Positions 26,726 through 39,606 of a stretch of DNA of 64,000 nt are shown piece after piece. Position numbers and translations under genes: made by a program. Every line of letters starts with the position of its first letter. Position 1 is the stretch's first letter. Under the pieces are notes generated by a model, which was given only the letters and a program-made list of their open reading frames with translations, was not told the origin of the DNA and ran no database searches. The DNA lies in assembly GCA_051294905.1 (NCBI GenBank), contig CM119373.1:3102001-3166000 (forward strand), given 5' to 3'. Source of the DNA: Botryllus schlosseri. Its lineage: Eukaryota.

Positions 26726-27284
26726 CAGTGGTTCTCAACCTGTTTGACCTTGCGGACCGTAAAAAATCAAGATAAATGCTACGGAACGGCGAACCTTCAA
26801 TGATCCAAATTAATCCAAATTCCAACTACGACTTGTATACAACTAAATCGTAAATATTGGAAACTTCATTAATGCATCTTTTTGATATTAATGCATCATT
26901 CATGCATCTTTTTGATATTAGATGTGTTATACGGGGTTTTATTGAAGTTTCACGGAAGTGCTGTTTTAAACCATTAAATAAAGTTTGATTCTTCGGTTTG
27001 CTATAGGCTCTGTTCAACTGCTAAATGTCGCTAAATTGTAGTCGAGATTTGACGAACTCTGTTTGAATGTAATATTTCTTAAAACGTCCACATAGAACTA
27101 TTCCTAAACATGTTGCATGTCATATTTAAACAGTTTCTTTCAACATCTGCAAATTTGATGTTTCATTCTTTAATTACCAGAAAAGCGACCTTCTTCTTGC
27201 ATTTTTGAATTGAGATTTAAAAAGTCTAATATATGTGGCGGACTGGCAGGAAACTTGCTGCCACAGACCGGTTGAGAATTCCTG
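26726..27284. mobile_element. hAT (Charlie-like) MITE
   Basis: cagtggttctcaacc / ggttgagaattcctg; perfect TSD gttcagat. Confidence 0.88.
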
Positions 27285-27747
27285 GTTCAGATGGCACAGT
27301 AGGACGGTGGTAGTTTTTTTATGATCATGCAATCATTTCACTCGACTTGATTGTCTATAATTGCATACTAAATATGGCTGATATATGCTGTACTCGCAGG
27401 CAATCAACTTCGCATGGCAACAGTCATGGGATCTGTGAAAGAGATTTCCTTTTTTTCAGCGGGTGTACCGAATACATGGGTTGACATTAGCATTTTTGTT
27501 CGCGTCCGTCATGCCGAGGAAACTGGCAATCATTTATAAGTGCAGCCTGTATAATTTATGTGAGGCTGCAATCGTGCTAGATGATGACTATGGTCATTTT
27601 CTATACTCAGAACCGGAAGATTTCGACCTAAAATGTAAATTGTGACATTCCATGACTTTCCTGACATTCTGCCCTCGCGTATGTGAATTAGGCGTTTTCG
27701 CATATTATGTTAGAATTTCATTATTATATTCATGACAGAGATATATT

Positions 27748-27790
27748 GAAACCCGAAGCTTTTCGAGCTGACACTCTTCAGGGGCAATCA
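27748..27790 (-). ncRNA. Degenerate minimal hammerhead-ribozyme motif (Penelope pLTR-like)
   Basis: Minus strand gccc-CTGAAGA-gtgtcagctc-GAAA-agct-TC-ggg: core motifs present with a palindromic stem III; stem II weak. Confidence 0.4.
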
Positions 27791-28180
27791 GCAAATGGAG
27801 AATTTGAAAAACATGCATACATTGCATACATTGCATACAACCAATTAATGCAGCCATAACTCATCTACGATTACTAGAACACAATCAGGCCATGGCTATG
27901 AACTCTGCAATCGGCAAGCACTTGCCTGAGAATACAACTTGCGCTAAAAACTATCGCGACGAGAGATTCTCTATATTAGGTACAAACCAGGGCTTTGGAG
28001 CCGGAGCCCCGGAGCTCTATATAAAATTCAGCCGGAGATGGAGCCCGTTATTTGAGGAGTAGGTCCGGCTCCGACGTATTTTATAAGATGCTATTATATA
28101 TGCAACAACCACATCTGCTGATTTATCATTGTTGAACAGCAGGCCTGAATTTTAATGCTGCGCACAGCAATGGCATTGAG

Positions 28181-29985
28181 CAGTGCTTTTCAACCTGTGT
28201 GACTGTTCGCACTTGTGCGAATGAAAAAAATGGCAGTGCGAATGACGAAGGTGGTGCGAATAGTGCGAATGAAAATCCGGATCGAGTGCGAATGACGAAG
28301 GTAGTGCGAATGGTGCGAATGAAAATCCGGATCAAGTGCGAATGAAAACCGTGATTAATTGGTAACTTTTCTGACGTGGAATAATTCAAATAAACCTAAT
28401 AGGAAATTTAAGATCAGTGTAACTTTTGTAGTTGCGACGCAATTGTAAAACTTAATACGACGCACCACTCATCGTAGCCCTCACAAGCCGTAGTGAATTA
28501 ATATCCCCGCACTCTAATTATTACGTAGTGAATTAATATTCCCGCACTGTAATTATTACGTAACCAAAAGCCTGGTTTGAAGCTGGTGTAGTGGCAGTAT
28601 AAAGATCTCTACAATCTCTATATTATATTGGCAGACGTTACAGTACATCATCTGAGCCCGCGACAGGCTGAAAAAATGACGTCAAATTGACTTTCTGCTT
28701 TCTTACGCTAATCAATCATCATATTTTCGTAATAACTGTTCGATTTGCGCGAGGCACGAGGATAGCAATAAATACCATCATTACAGACTCACATTTGCAA
28801 GTTACTGTAACGCAAATTTTTACCCCTTCAAGGGTTATTACAGTATGGACCGCAAAGGGTATAATTTTGGGTCTACACGGTGCCAGAGCTATCTGTTCAT
28901 ATGTATGTTATATTTCTTGAATTTATTGCAAAAAAATCCCGCGATCGTTTACATATCCAAGGTCACTGTGTTGGGTACTGTAGCCAATAAGCGAGACACG
29001 CAAAAATATGGTTTTATAATGAGAATTCACGATAAGATTGTCCGATTGTTTTTTTCTGGAAAACGTGGTAGAAGATCGCTGGGATGAGCTATATAGTGTA
29101 GGCTGTAGAACGAGCGAGTTCAGGCATATGAGACTCATTCCTTTCGAGGCCAATCCCCTTTGCGTCCGGACACATGAAGACGTAAAGTTTTGGCCAATAA
29201 ACCGCTGATAAAATGAGTTGTCAAAAACATAAGCGGTAACAAAACCTTGGTTAAAAATGACCGATGCTGGATGGCTAAACCTTACGATATGGATGTGCGT
29301 CATACATGTTTTGTAGAGCTGTGTAGGGTAGAATTGCGGTGCGCGCGTTCTGTATGTCATACATGTCGGTATAATCGTAGCACACCACTGTAATAATAAA
29401 AATGAATTTCTTTTCATGGGTGAGGCTCAGGTCGCGAGACGCCACAAAACACAGATCTTGGTGTTAGTCTAAAAGCTGCTTTGGCATTATTAAACTGGTA
29501 TGATATACTCTCCTTGATCGTTTTGCACCTTATGTTCCAAGACATAAGACAACATCCTCAACACAAACATGTTGATTTTGTACCCTTTCGACAAACTGGA
29601 GCCTCCGGCACCTTTGTGTCAGCTCTCAAAAACGATTTCTGCAAGCAAGCATTTTGCACTCTGTATTTTGGATAGAAGTGCAGAACAGATTTTAAGTCCT
29701 TGCCATTCAAGCACTAGTAGACGTTCTCATACAAAACCCAACAACTTGTTTCGCTGAGAAGGGTTTTAGTGAAATAGTTGAAATCAAAACGAGCGAAAAA
29801 AGTTGCCTTTTTATTGAGACAAGTGATATTTTAAGCTACATAGTAACCAATTTTTTTGCACATCTGTACAAAATGTTAAGTATCTTCATCTTCTTTTTGT
29901 ATAACAATTTTCGATTAGTTTGTGCGAATGAAATGTATTTCACAAAAAAAGTGCGAACGGAGCTCAAAAAGGTTGAAAAGCAGTG
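28181..29985. mobile_element. Nested hAT-type element with gtgcgaat repeats
   Basis: TIR cagtgcttttcaacc / ggttgaaaagcagtg; TSD degraded; fragments of the family at 4035-4703 and ~33435-33702. Confidence 0.8.
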
Positions 29986-30127
29986 GCATAGCGTAAAGTG
30001 CGTTCTAGTGCAACTATGATGTTATCGAGAATGGACAAGTATTCATCATGACGTCACACGCTGGCAAGGCGGCACCTATGTCTTCGTTGCTGCATTGGAT
30101 GTTACTGACGGCTGAGAGACTCTAGAT

Positions 30128-31255
30128 TACGGTTACCATATTTTTGTGAAGCAAATTTCTGACACTCTTTAGCGCCCACTAGCGGATTTGAAAATGAGGT
30201 ATTACACATTGAGTGTCAATATGACGTCGCACTAACAAAGCATTGCCAAACGACTGTATACAGGAATGTAGTTGAACATAGGTCATGAATTGGGCCCTCT
30301 GTAATGTGGGCTCTGGCGATTGCTACTTGCTATGGTGTGCAACAGTTTTTTTCTCCACTGGCCGGATGAAATCGTCTGGCGGGCCGTGTTTGGCCTGTCG
30401 GGATTGTCTTTGACAGCCCTGCTATACTGTTAGGTCGGTGCGGCTATCTGATTGTGTGTTTTTATTTTAATCAGGTCCGAAACAACTTTTTTTCTGCCCC
30501 CTTACGCCCAAAAAAAGCACAAATCTCTAACCTAACCTAACATAGGGTAATCGATGTAACTTCTTGGGCAATTACTATATGCATTTGGCTGTGAAATATT
30601 ATGAATAAATTCTTCAATAATATTGATTCTTCATTAGGCTACTGTAAAATGCACCAGCAGGTTGCAAACCCGGTGATTTCCAACCTTTAATACTCGCGAC
30701 CTCATTTCAAACTTAAAAATGTTCCTTGGCCCAGCTAAAAAGTTGATAAGCTGATTACTAAAAAAAATAACATGCCCAAACTTACTCCCGGCCTAGGACA
30801 GTGATTACGTCTAACATCATCGCGATCCCCAGATAAAAGTAAACGACCCCAAGATTTGGAATCACTATCTGTGACTAAAGCATCCAATCAGCCTTGACCA
30901 ACTCTACTACTATACCGTTTGCTTATAATTGCGATTACCATTGGACTTATTTCAGTAAATGATGGTAGTTTATTTTTATTTTTATTGCATTTTTTGGCGA
31001 ATGTGGTGCCCGGTGCCCATATTAATATCAATATACGTTGCATTACCTCGCGCGCAGCGCGAAGATGAATTTCGAATGTCATAAATCTGCTTGAAAAAAA
31101 ATATTGTTTATGTTGATTTACGAAAAACTTTTGAGCCTACTTCAACCCTTCAAAATTCCGGACATTTAGGAATATTTTAGAAATTCCTCCAGGACGCAGA
31201 TTTTTCAGTGAAATTCCGGACATGTCCGGGAAATTCCGGACGTATGGCAACCCTA
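30128..31255. mobile_element. Nested hAT element
   Basis: TIR tacggttaccata / tatggcaacccta; perfect TSD ctctagat; tccggaca subterminal repeats. Confidence 0.88.
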
Positions 31256-31308
31256 CTCTAGATTGCTATAGATAACTAACCCATAGGTAGATTAGTAATA
31301 TATATAGA

Positions 31309-32597
31309 CAGGGTTGCCATACCGTCCTTATTTCTAAGATTTGTCCTTATTTTTAGGGGCCACGTCTTAGAACACTCAACTGTCCTTATTTCCAAGAAAT
31401 GTCCTTATTTTCGACTCGCGTCTTTATTTTGTCTTATTTACAACCGCTACAGAACTTCAATCGTTTTCCTCTGGTATCTATGTTGCATAATATTGCAAAA
31501 TTATGCTTTTTCGTCGAGATTGTATGACATCATAAATGAAAGGAACTCTCGTGACGTACACCCCACAAGATTTGACTTCTAAGTTGTGAGATAGCTAGGG
31601 CAGTGAGTGGTGGTACAGCAGTTTCGGCTGTACCAAGCTACCGCAGCGGACGTCATTTTAGCGGTAAACAGCAATACCAGGTTACTGCTGTTTGGTCTAC
31701 AGCAGAATAAGCTCAAGCTGTTGGTAAGGCAGCATTTATTGTGTGTAGTGAAAAAAGCGCAGTGCATTCGACACATTGGTTGAAGTAGTAAAGCTATAAA
31801 TCATTGATAAATTTCTCTAAATTATATTGCACTTGCGCGTATAGTTTTAGCTACAAATAAGGCTAAATCTGATTAATTTAAATAAACAGGCGTAAAAACG
31901 TTTTTCGTGACGATTATGAGAGAGAAGTCAAAGGTATCTAGCGAAGATTGAAGGGCGAGTGTTTCGCACATAGCAGTATCTGCAATTGTGAAATTAACCT
32001 GGATGCCATAAGAAAAACCGCTACTTAACTTACATTGAGACCCCAAAATACAAGAAGTGTGTCATGATGATTATTTTGAGCCAATCGATGAATAAATAAT
32101 TTTTCCACTAGTCGATCAGCATCAACGACCTCAGACCTGGGGCATTCCATACCGTCAAACACAAGCAATCATTCCTCACCAACGATTGCACATCGCAATT
32201 GTTCAAAGCAATATTCCCCGATTCCAACATTACAAATAAGTTTTCTTCGGCCAGGACCAAGATCACAAGCATTAATACTGTAGTTATTGCTCCATACGCT
32301 CAAAACCGATCTTGTCTAAACTTGGTGTACGGCCTTTTTCCATCATTATTGGGGGAGGGGGGTTGACGAAGTGCTGTTTCGGGCCCAAGTAAAGGTAAAC
32401 CTAGAACTGAGCTGTCGCGAGATCCATGAAGCACTTTCTCATGCCAAAGAGTTGCTGGAGTATATTTTTCTGGTGAAAAGTATGGAATGTGATATGTCAC
32501 GGCTCGTATAAAGACAAAGTATGTACAAAAACGATTTTTCATGCTAATTTAATTTTTCCACTGTCCTTATTTTGGGTCCATGTCGATGGCAACCCTG
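31309..32597 (+). mobile_element. Nested internally deleted hAT transposon
   Basis: TIR cagggttgccat / atggcaaccctg; perfect TSD tatataga; tgtccttattt subterminal repeats. Confidence 0.92.
31885..32303 (+). pseudogene. hAT transposase N-terminal remnant (BED-like finger and following region)
   Basis: NRRKNVFRDDYEREVKGI*RRLKGECFAHSSICNCEINLDAIRK, then after a disrupted stretch AFHTVKHKQSFLTNDCTSQLFKAIFPDSNITNKFSSARTKITSINTVVIAPYAQ. Confidence 0.8.
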
Positions 32598-35274
32598 TAT
32601 ATAGACCAGGAATGGCCAACCTTTCCGGCTAAAGGGGCACATGAGATTGACGAACAAGCGCGCGGTCCACTAGCCGCGCCAAGCGGGTAAAATTTTCAAA
32701 GATTATAAATAAACTAGGTCAATAATATTATTACTTGAGTATATTGGGGTTCTACTGTATACCGCCCGCTAGGCTCAGTTTGCAAGGACACGACTATTCG
32801 GCGTCTGGCCACATCGATATCGAAGTTCTCCGAAAATATGCGACAATCATTTTGTGCCTACATATCACCATCGACGATCTTTATGCGAGCGCAAACGTGA
32901 AAAGACTTTCTCCCGTAATTGCGAATACAGTTAGACTCAATCGGGTAAATTAGGCGTTTTTTTTTCATTTTCAGTAAGGGGTAGGCTACCAAGCAAAAAA
33001 TCGTGTGACAATTAAACACGCGAAGCGTGAAGAAATATTTGACTACTATTTTACTTTATTGTAATGTGCGACGATTCACTAAAAATTTGACTGGACCCTG
33101 GATCTGCCAATGCGTCGGAACTGATAATTTATTCATCAACATCCTAAGTGTCGCAGCCAAACTTGTAATTTTTGGTTGGCATTGCAAGTTCACAATCTGA
33201 GCAATTCATTTTCGATAATATAATGGGGAATTACCTCGCGGCCACGAAAAATGCGGATCCCGAGCCGGAGCTAATGTATGATAGAAGAAAGCTCCGGAAC
33301 CGGAGATGGAGCAGTTTAAATTTACGGCTGCTCCAAAGCCCTGGTAGAAACCGCACTCATTCCCATCTGTCTTCACTGGAATCGACTTTTATCAAAATCC
33401 AACAGCCGCGCTTGTGTCAGCAGAAGGTATATTTTGGATAGGAGTGCGGAGCAGTTTCTAAGACTTGACTATCTAAGCACGAGTAGACATTCTTGTACAA
33501 AACCCAACAACTTCTTTGGCCGAGAATGGTTTTAGTGAAACAGTTAAAATCAAAACGATGAACAAGAGTTGTCGTTTTAATGAGCACATATTGTCAAATT
33601 TCGTAATCTTCTTTTTGTATAACAATTTTCGGTGGGTTTGTGCGAATGAGATTTATTTTCCAAAAAAGTGCGAATGGAGCTCAAAAAGGCTGAAAAGCAC
33701 TGGTGTATATTAATATAGGCCATCACTTCACTGAAATTTAGTGTTGGAATTAGCGACATGACGTCATGAGTGTCACGTTCGCGTTACACAGAACCTTTCA
33801 AAGATTCACGTTCACACGAAACTGTGCCTCTCAGAGGAACACACATCCTAATCGGATTGCACACCGAAGTTAATTCAAGCAAATTATCCAAATAGAGAAT
33901 TACCTAAAACAGATAAGCTGCATATGGAATTGACATGCGATACGTTATTGTTACGATGTATCATATTGAACAAATTGTGCAATCTGAGGGTATCCAAACA
34001 TTGATATGTCATGCACAAGTCTTGTAAATTAGGTTTGTAGTGTAACGTCCGTGGTTTATCACAGCAGTTCCGAGTTGTGTTGTACGCAAGAAGTTTCGAA
34101 GCAGTCAGCTGTAAAGTCGGTTGACTTTACCACCGACTCCAACTGCTGACAATTTCAATATACCCCAATTCCGACTGCAGAAGCTTGAAACAAACCAACT
34201 ACGACTCCTAATATTTTGTACACACAACTCCGACTCCCAGATTACTATAAATTTATGTAGTAAATCCATCGTTTATTGCATATTTAGCCATTATTTTTGC
34301 GATTCGAATCAACCTTTGTCTGATTTTAACCTAAATTTTGCTCTCATACAGAAGATAAGATTTTGAAAATGTGCTCACGTGAAATACTTATTAAACTGCA
34401 ATGACACTTTTGATTAACAATTCAGAAAATTATGTTCGATTTCGATACGAAGTAGTCGGGATCACAGCATTTTCATGAATTCCGAATCGGACTCCCGCGC
34501 TATAGTATGTTTCCACAACTCCGACTCCGATTCCAAAGAGTTACAAAATATCTATTAATCCGACTCCACAGCCCGGGAAGCAGTTCTTCATTTATTAAGC
34601 TACTTCTACTATGATTTAACGTTGATGTGCACAATCGATATTTTATTCCATGTGCCAATCGGAGTGCTCAGGGCTACGGTTTGTAAATGGGGTAAATGAG
34701 GTCGACATATAACAAAAATAAAGGAAACCAAATTGTTTCTGTGCTGTCAGTGATTATGTTATTTGTACCCGCTCAAGGACACACAATCTACAAGGAAATG
34801 TATTGCCCAAATAGGACGATATTGAAACGACCAAATGCGTTCTCCCAATATGCATCCCTCTCGGCCTGATTATAGATAACTAACTAACCTATCAATCTAT
34901 AGCCTAATGCTCGATGTAGCAGTCTGCGATTTTTTTTCTTTTTCGGGTTTTCTAGCTCTCGTTCATTCTCTTTCTTTAATTCGTCCTTAATCAGGCCGTA
35001 GTGGAACGTACCACTGGACTACTCGCCAGTCAAAGTACTCAAAGTGCTATAGGGTGCCACGAACTATTTCCGTCCTTTGAAAGGGTGTCTCGAGGTCAGA
35101 AAAGTTGAGAACCATTTCTTTATTACAATGTAATGGTAGCTTTCCGGCTTAACAAAGCAACTTTTTATATCTTCAATGTGTTTTTCGAAGTCACGTAGAT
35201 TTATGGATATGTCAAAGGGACGGTATATTACCTAAAACGAAGTCTTGAAAAACAAAAAGCGTTGCTTTACATAC

Positions 35275-35377
35275 TTGAAGGAGCGAGCATTTTCTATTTT
35301 CAGGCCGCACATCTGCCTTGGCCTACTACCCTGTGCATTCCTTTCCAAGTCAATTTGAAATGCTGCAACTATAGCTG
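35275..35377 (-). CDS. Candidate exon following the last EGF exon
   Basis: aatcag acceptor in phase 1, ~130 bp from the EGF donor; open frame AIVAAFQIDLERNAQGSRPRQMCGLKIENARSF; gtatgt donor. Confidence 0.3.
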
Positions 35378-35506
35378 CTGATTTTCATTCATCTCTCACA
35401 TAATTGTTCTTTTATAACTAGATGCACGTAAATGTGTTGGACATCTGCTAATCGTTAATTAACATTTAAAGGGTCATAGCACAGGAATCAACAGCGATAT
35501 ACTCAC

Positions 35507-35626
35507 GATCGCAGTCCTGTCCGTGGTATTCTGTTATGCATGTACACGTATAGTACGGTTGAATGTCATGGTCTAAGCAAGTTCCTCCATTTTTACAAGT
35601 ATTCAGGTGGTATTGACAGTATGTTT
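35507..35626 (-). CDS. EGF-like domain exon 8
   Basis: 120 bp, tacag / gtgagt, phase 1-1; TYCQYHLNTCKNGGTCLDHDIQPYYTCTCITEYHGQDCD. Not present in the ORF track. Confidence 0.9.
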
Positions 35627-35662
35627 CTGTATGGAAATCAAGTTATGACAAGAGGTGATCAG

Positions 35663-36079
35663 TAGGGCAAGTTTTTGTTGCAGTTAAATCCGTGGAAAGC
35701 TGCATTTAGTTTTGAAAAAAGTTGCAGATGTTGCATTTTGACCACATTTTGCTCGGTTGACTAAAAAAAGTGGTCAACTTCCGAAATTGACTAAAAAAAG
35801 GTCAATTTTCCGGCTCGGTTCCCGAAATACCCGTAAAAGTGTTACTTCGATGCTGATTTACGGTGTTTCAGTCGAATTCGGCCGTATATTTTACCAAAAT
35901 CGAAAATACTTTCATGAAAAATCGAGAAAGTTGCAAAGTGTTGCAAAGAGTTGCATGAAAAAATGGACAAAAGTTGCACTACAAGATTACTTCAAACAGC
36001 TTGAAACGGCATTCTACATATCTTACGAGTATTTAGGAAGCTGCCGGAAGCTGTAAGAAAAGTTGCAAAACTTGCCCCA
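35663..36079. mobile_element. hAT MITE inserted in the TIR of the host element
   Basis: TIR tagggcaagtttt / aaaacttgcccca; perfect TSD gtgatcag; aagttgca repeats; probable relative from ~63406. Confidence 0.88.
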
Positions 36080-36678
36080 GTGATCAGTAACGAAGTACTT
36101 GTACTTTTTTGAAGTACTCAAGTAGTTTTCGTCTACTTCTAGTATTCACTCAAACAAAACTCATTTTTGCTACTTCTACTTCTACTTCATAATATTTTGT
36201 GATCTAATTACTTACTTTTCGCTATTTTCAGTTTGTCAAGTAGAAATAGTTTAATCCTCCAATCAGCAAGATAGCCTAAAGAATTTCGGGGCTGAGTATC
36301 AACATTTAATTTTCAGAAAAGTTTAGTAAAGCCCAGAATTTTCGTCGCGCTTCGCGCACAGTGGATATGGAGTGGTCAATATGATTTCATGATAGTATCG
36401 GTGAATAAAATCTAGGTAGCGGGCTGCGTGGTTATGTTCACACCGCATTGTCGCCAATATGAAATACTTCATCACAGTATATATGGCCCATCATAACGTT
36501 TCAAACTGGTGTTTCGCAATCCACCTTTTACTTATCATATCGTAGTCTAGCAGTCCATGGCGTGTCCTAATCTGGAACAGTGGGCTCTGACTTTTTTAGC
36601 TTTAGACCTGTTTTAGCATACAACCTTTGAAACTTTCTGGACTAAAGTCATGAAATACATTTTCTGCTGTTATAAGTA

Positions 36679-38670
36679 AGTAGTATTATGCACACTCTTT
36701 TGACGCGCCCCAATCAGCGTCGAGTATTTGATCACGTGACATCTGTTAGCCAATCAGAACGCAGAACAATGTGGGTGTGGTTCTAATACGAGAGAGGTTT
36801 TGGTTGTGCGAGAGATGCCATAGTTCCAGTCCAGTAACGCTGAGATATTTATTATGTCATGTTTGCGTAAGTTGATTACCTTCATTACGATTGCGTATTG
36901 AAGCATATTCATGATTACGTCATATGCGTAGTTGATTACTTTAGTTATTTCGAGAGCGGCTTTGCATAGTTCCAGTAACGCTGAGATATTTATTTCGTCA
37001 TGTTTGCGTAAGTTGATTACCTTCATTATGATTGCGTATTGCAGCATGTCCAGTAATGATTACGTCATATGCGTAGTTGATTACTTTAGTTATTACGAGA
37101 GCGGCTTTGGTTTCAGTAACGCTGAGATATGATTACGTCATGATTGCGTCTAGTTCCAGTCCAATAACACCGAGAAATGTTTACGTCATTATGAATGTGC
37201 AGTTGAAGCATGTTCATGATTACGTCATATGCGTAGTTGATTACTTTAGTTATTACGAGAGCGTCTTTGCTTAGTTCCAGTAATGCTGAGATATAATTAC
37301 GTCATGATTGCGTCTCGTTCCAGTCCAATAACACTGAGAAATGTTTACGTCATTATGATTGTGTAGTTGAAGCATGTTCAGGAATGATTACGTCATATGC
37401 GTATTTGATTACGTTAGTAACGCCGAGATATGATTACGTCAATATTGCGTTGATCGCCTTTGTTATTGCAGTTTAAGAAAGTGCAAGGCAATATATAACG
37501 TGTAATATTTATTACATGATTATTCGCTGTTCGCTGTAGATTGAATATGTGTAATAATATAAAAATTGGCTAAAATTGTGAATATCTAATCATTGTGAAA
37601 ATAGCAATTATCTCATGTTGTTGATGAAAATGATCAGCTTACGTTATTATAAGCACCAAAGCATGATTTAAATATTTTCAAATATTCCACTTTTTAAATA
37701 TTATTACTTTGGTTCTAACTTCGAAACAACAATTATTAATAATATTTTTTTATTACTCATTGAAATCATTGTAGCTTATAACGGGTAAACTGAACATCTT
37801 TTTAATAATATTGTTGCTTTCTGAATATCTTATTGATTTTTAGTTAAATTATCGATTATCTTGTATAGTTGATAAATTAGTTTGTACAAAAGACGTTCAC
37901 TGTTATAATCTACATGATTTCAATGATTATTAAAAATAATTTTAATATTAAATCTAACAGAGTAATAATATAAAAAATTGGCTAATATTGTGAATATCTT
38001 ATCATTGTGAAATTAGCAATTATCTCGTGTTGTTGATGAAAATAATCATCTTACGTTGTATTAGGATTTATTTTACAAAACTGTAGTGTAAAGGTCTTTA
38101 GTACTTTGGAAAAAGTAGTTTCTATCTACTTTACTAAATTTGATGTAAAGTGTTCGACGATTTAAAAAATTGGTATTTATTTTACAAAATTCCCAGTATA
38201 AAAGTTTTTACAAAATCGACTTGAGTAAGTACTGTCACTAGGCAAACCCTAGCAGAGTGTACTCTGATAAATGTAGTAGTAGTAATCGATTATCACAAAA
38301 TAAATAGATAACATACAATATGTGCGTTGCTACGATGTCTCATAAATACTTTCATTTAATGTATACAAGTAGGTTATTTATACGTTAAGTCAAGAATAAA
38401 AAATTAAAGCTGTCTCCATAGAAAGATATGTAAATATACTAGAACGGTTACATATGGACGCCTGCAAGTAAGAACGCAAGCTGATCATTTTCATCAACAA
38501 CATGAGATAATTGCTAATTTCACGATGATTAGATAGTCACAATATAAGCCAATTTCTATATTATTACTGAATATCTTATCATTATGAGGTTTATTCAACT
38601 CTCATTAATTCAGGATTCTAGAACTACTGAAGTCTCATGGAATTATAAAATACCGTGCTTTGCAAACAAT
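36679..38670 (+). repeat. Left terminal inverted repeat (~2.0 kb)
   Basis: Reverse complement of 44992-47432; inner boundary ccgtgctttgcaaacaat. Confidence 0.95.
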
Positions 38671-39606
38671 GTAAAAATGATAGAAGCCAAGTTAGCTTGG
38701 TTCCCTGGGGACATCTATGCCTTTGTCAGGAATGTTCATCCATCGATTAGGTAATTGAATACGCACGCTTATCAATGCGTCTTGAAAAGCTAGTGGACGG
38801 GAAGTGAATACCCTAGACAAGTCCGAACCTGTATATATTGCAGGATTAGAGATAGCTTGTGCAATAGCCCTAAATACAACAAAATGCGGAGAGCTGATAT
38901 CGCAATAGGTGCGCGGTATTCGACAATAACAAAACGCAATTGTTCGAACTTAGTGGATCCCATACCGCATTGTTAGCTCTAAATACTTAACCGTTGAAAA
39001 ATCTATTCCCCAATGAGTTAGACAGCAATGCGTTAGTCGTAGCGATTCAATCATGTGCTCTATAATAACAAAAACACAAATGACTTAGTGGATATCACTG
39101 CTAGCACTAAATACCAGTCGCATAGCTGAGGCTAAATACCGTAAATAACTACTGAGTTGGCCGAATGGTGATTTACACGCTCGGAAATCGTCACTTCTTG
39201 CACTTTACTAAAAATTTGCTGCTACTAAAATGTTAAAATGTACTTTTTTCAATGGCCTTGATGAGCAGCGTCAGTTTCATCTATATCCTATCGTGCATTT
39301 TCGCACAGCAGAATGACTTATCGCATCGTAAAATAGCAAAAATACATCGAGAATCTGCAGACTTTCACTGCGAAATATTTGAGCTATACGAATTATCCTT
39401 CAAAGTGAGCTTACATATTGGATATCATCCAAACCCTCTCGATATCGAAATAATTGATTATTTGGAGTACTCAAGTATAGGTTTCGCCTGCTTGGGCTAT
39501 ACCTAATCAAGCGATTATCTGTTTAGACTAGAGTTTTCAGTTATCAGACAAATAATACCTTCAATACTTACTTTTTTCAGTCACTCGGAAATCAGCACAT
39601 CATGTA

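Larger units (their letters stand above)
27988..33343. mobile_element. Composite hAT element (5.36 kb) with nested insertions
   Basis: 14-bp perfect TIR cagggctttggagc / gctccaaagccctg; ccggag subterminal repeats; TSD gtacaaac / gtagaaac (7/8). Confidence 0.9.
27904..33441 (+). pseudogene. Penelope-like GIY-YIG endonuclease C-terminal remnant, split by the 27988-33343 insertion
   Basis: Joining 27904-27987 with 33352-33438 gives the uninterrupted frame SAIGKHLPENTTCAKNYRDERFSILGTNRTHSHLSSLESTFIKIQQPRLCQQKVYFG, matching the SAI..HL..N..C....FSIL.......L..LE..FI....P.LC.QK pattern. Confidence 0.8.

Noticed and set aside
28923..29417. Longest ORF in the window (164 aa)
   Set aside because: Lies inside a non-autonomous element, has no recognisable motif and looks like a chance frame.
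35160..35231. Possible further exon VIYRPFDISINLRDFEKHIEDIK
   Set aside because: Phase conflicts with the preceding candidate exon unless a 39-bp intron is assumed.
36679..36692. Terminus resembles the base complement of the adenovirus ITR (CATCATCAATAAT)
   Set aside because: The match has the wrong polarity (complement without reversal), so it is not homology.
36754..37274. ORFs in the TIRs (including the 142-aa ORF at 47064-47492)
   Set aside because: Translations of tandem DNA motifs; the longer one runs out of the element into host repeat; no domain resemblance.
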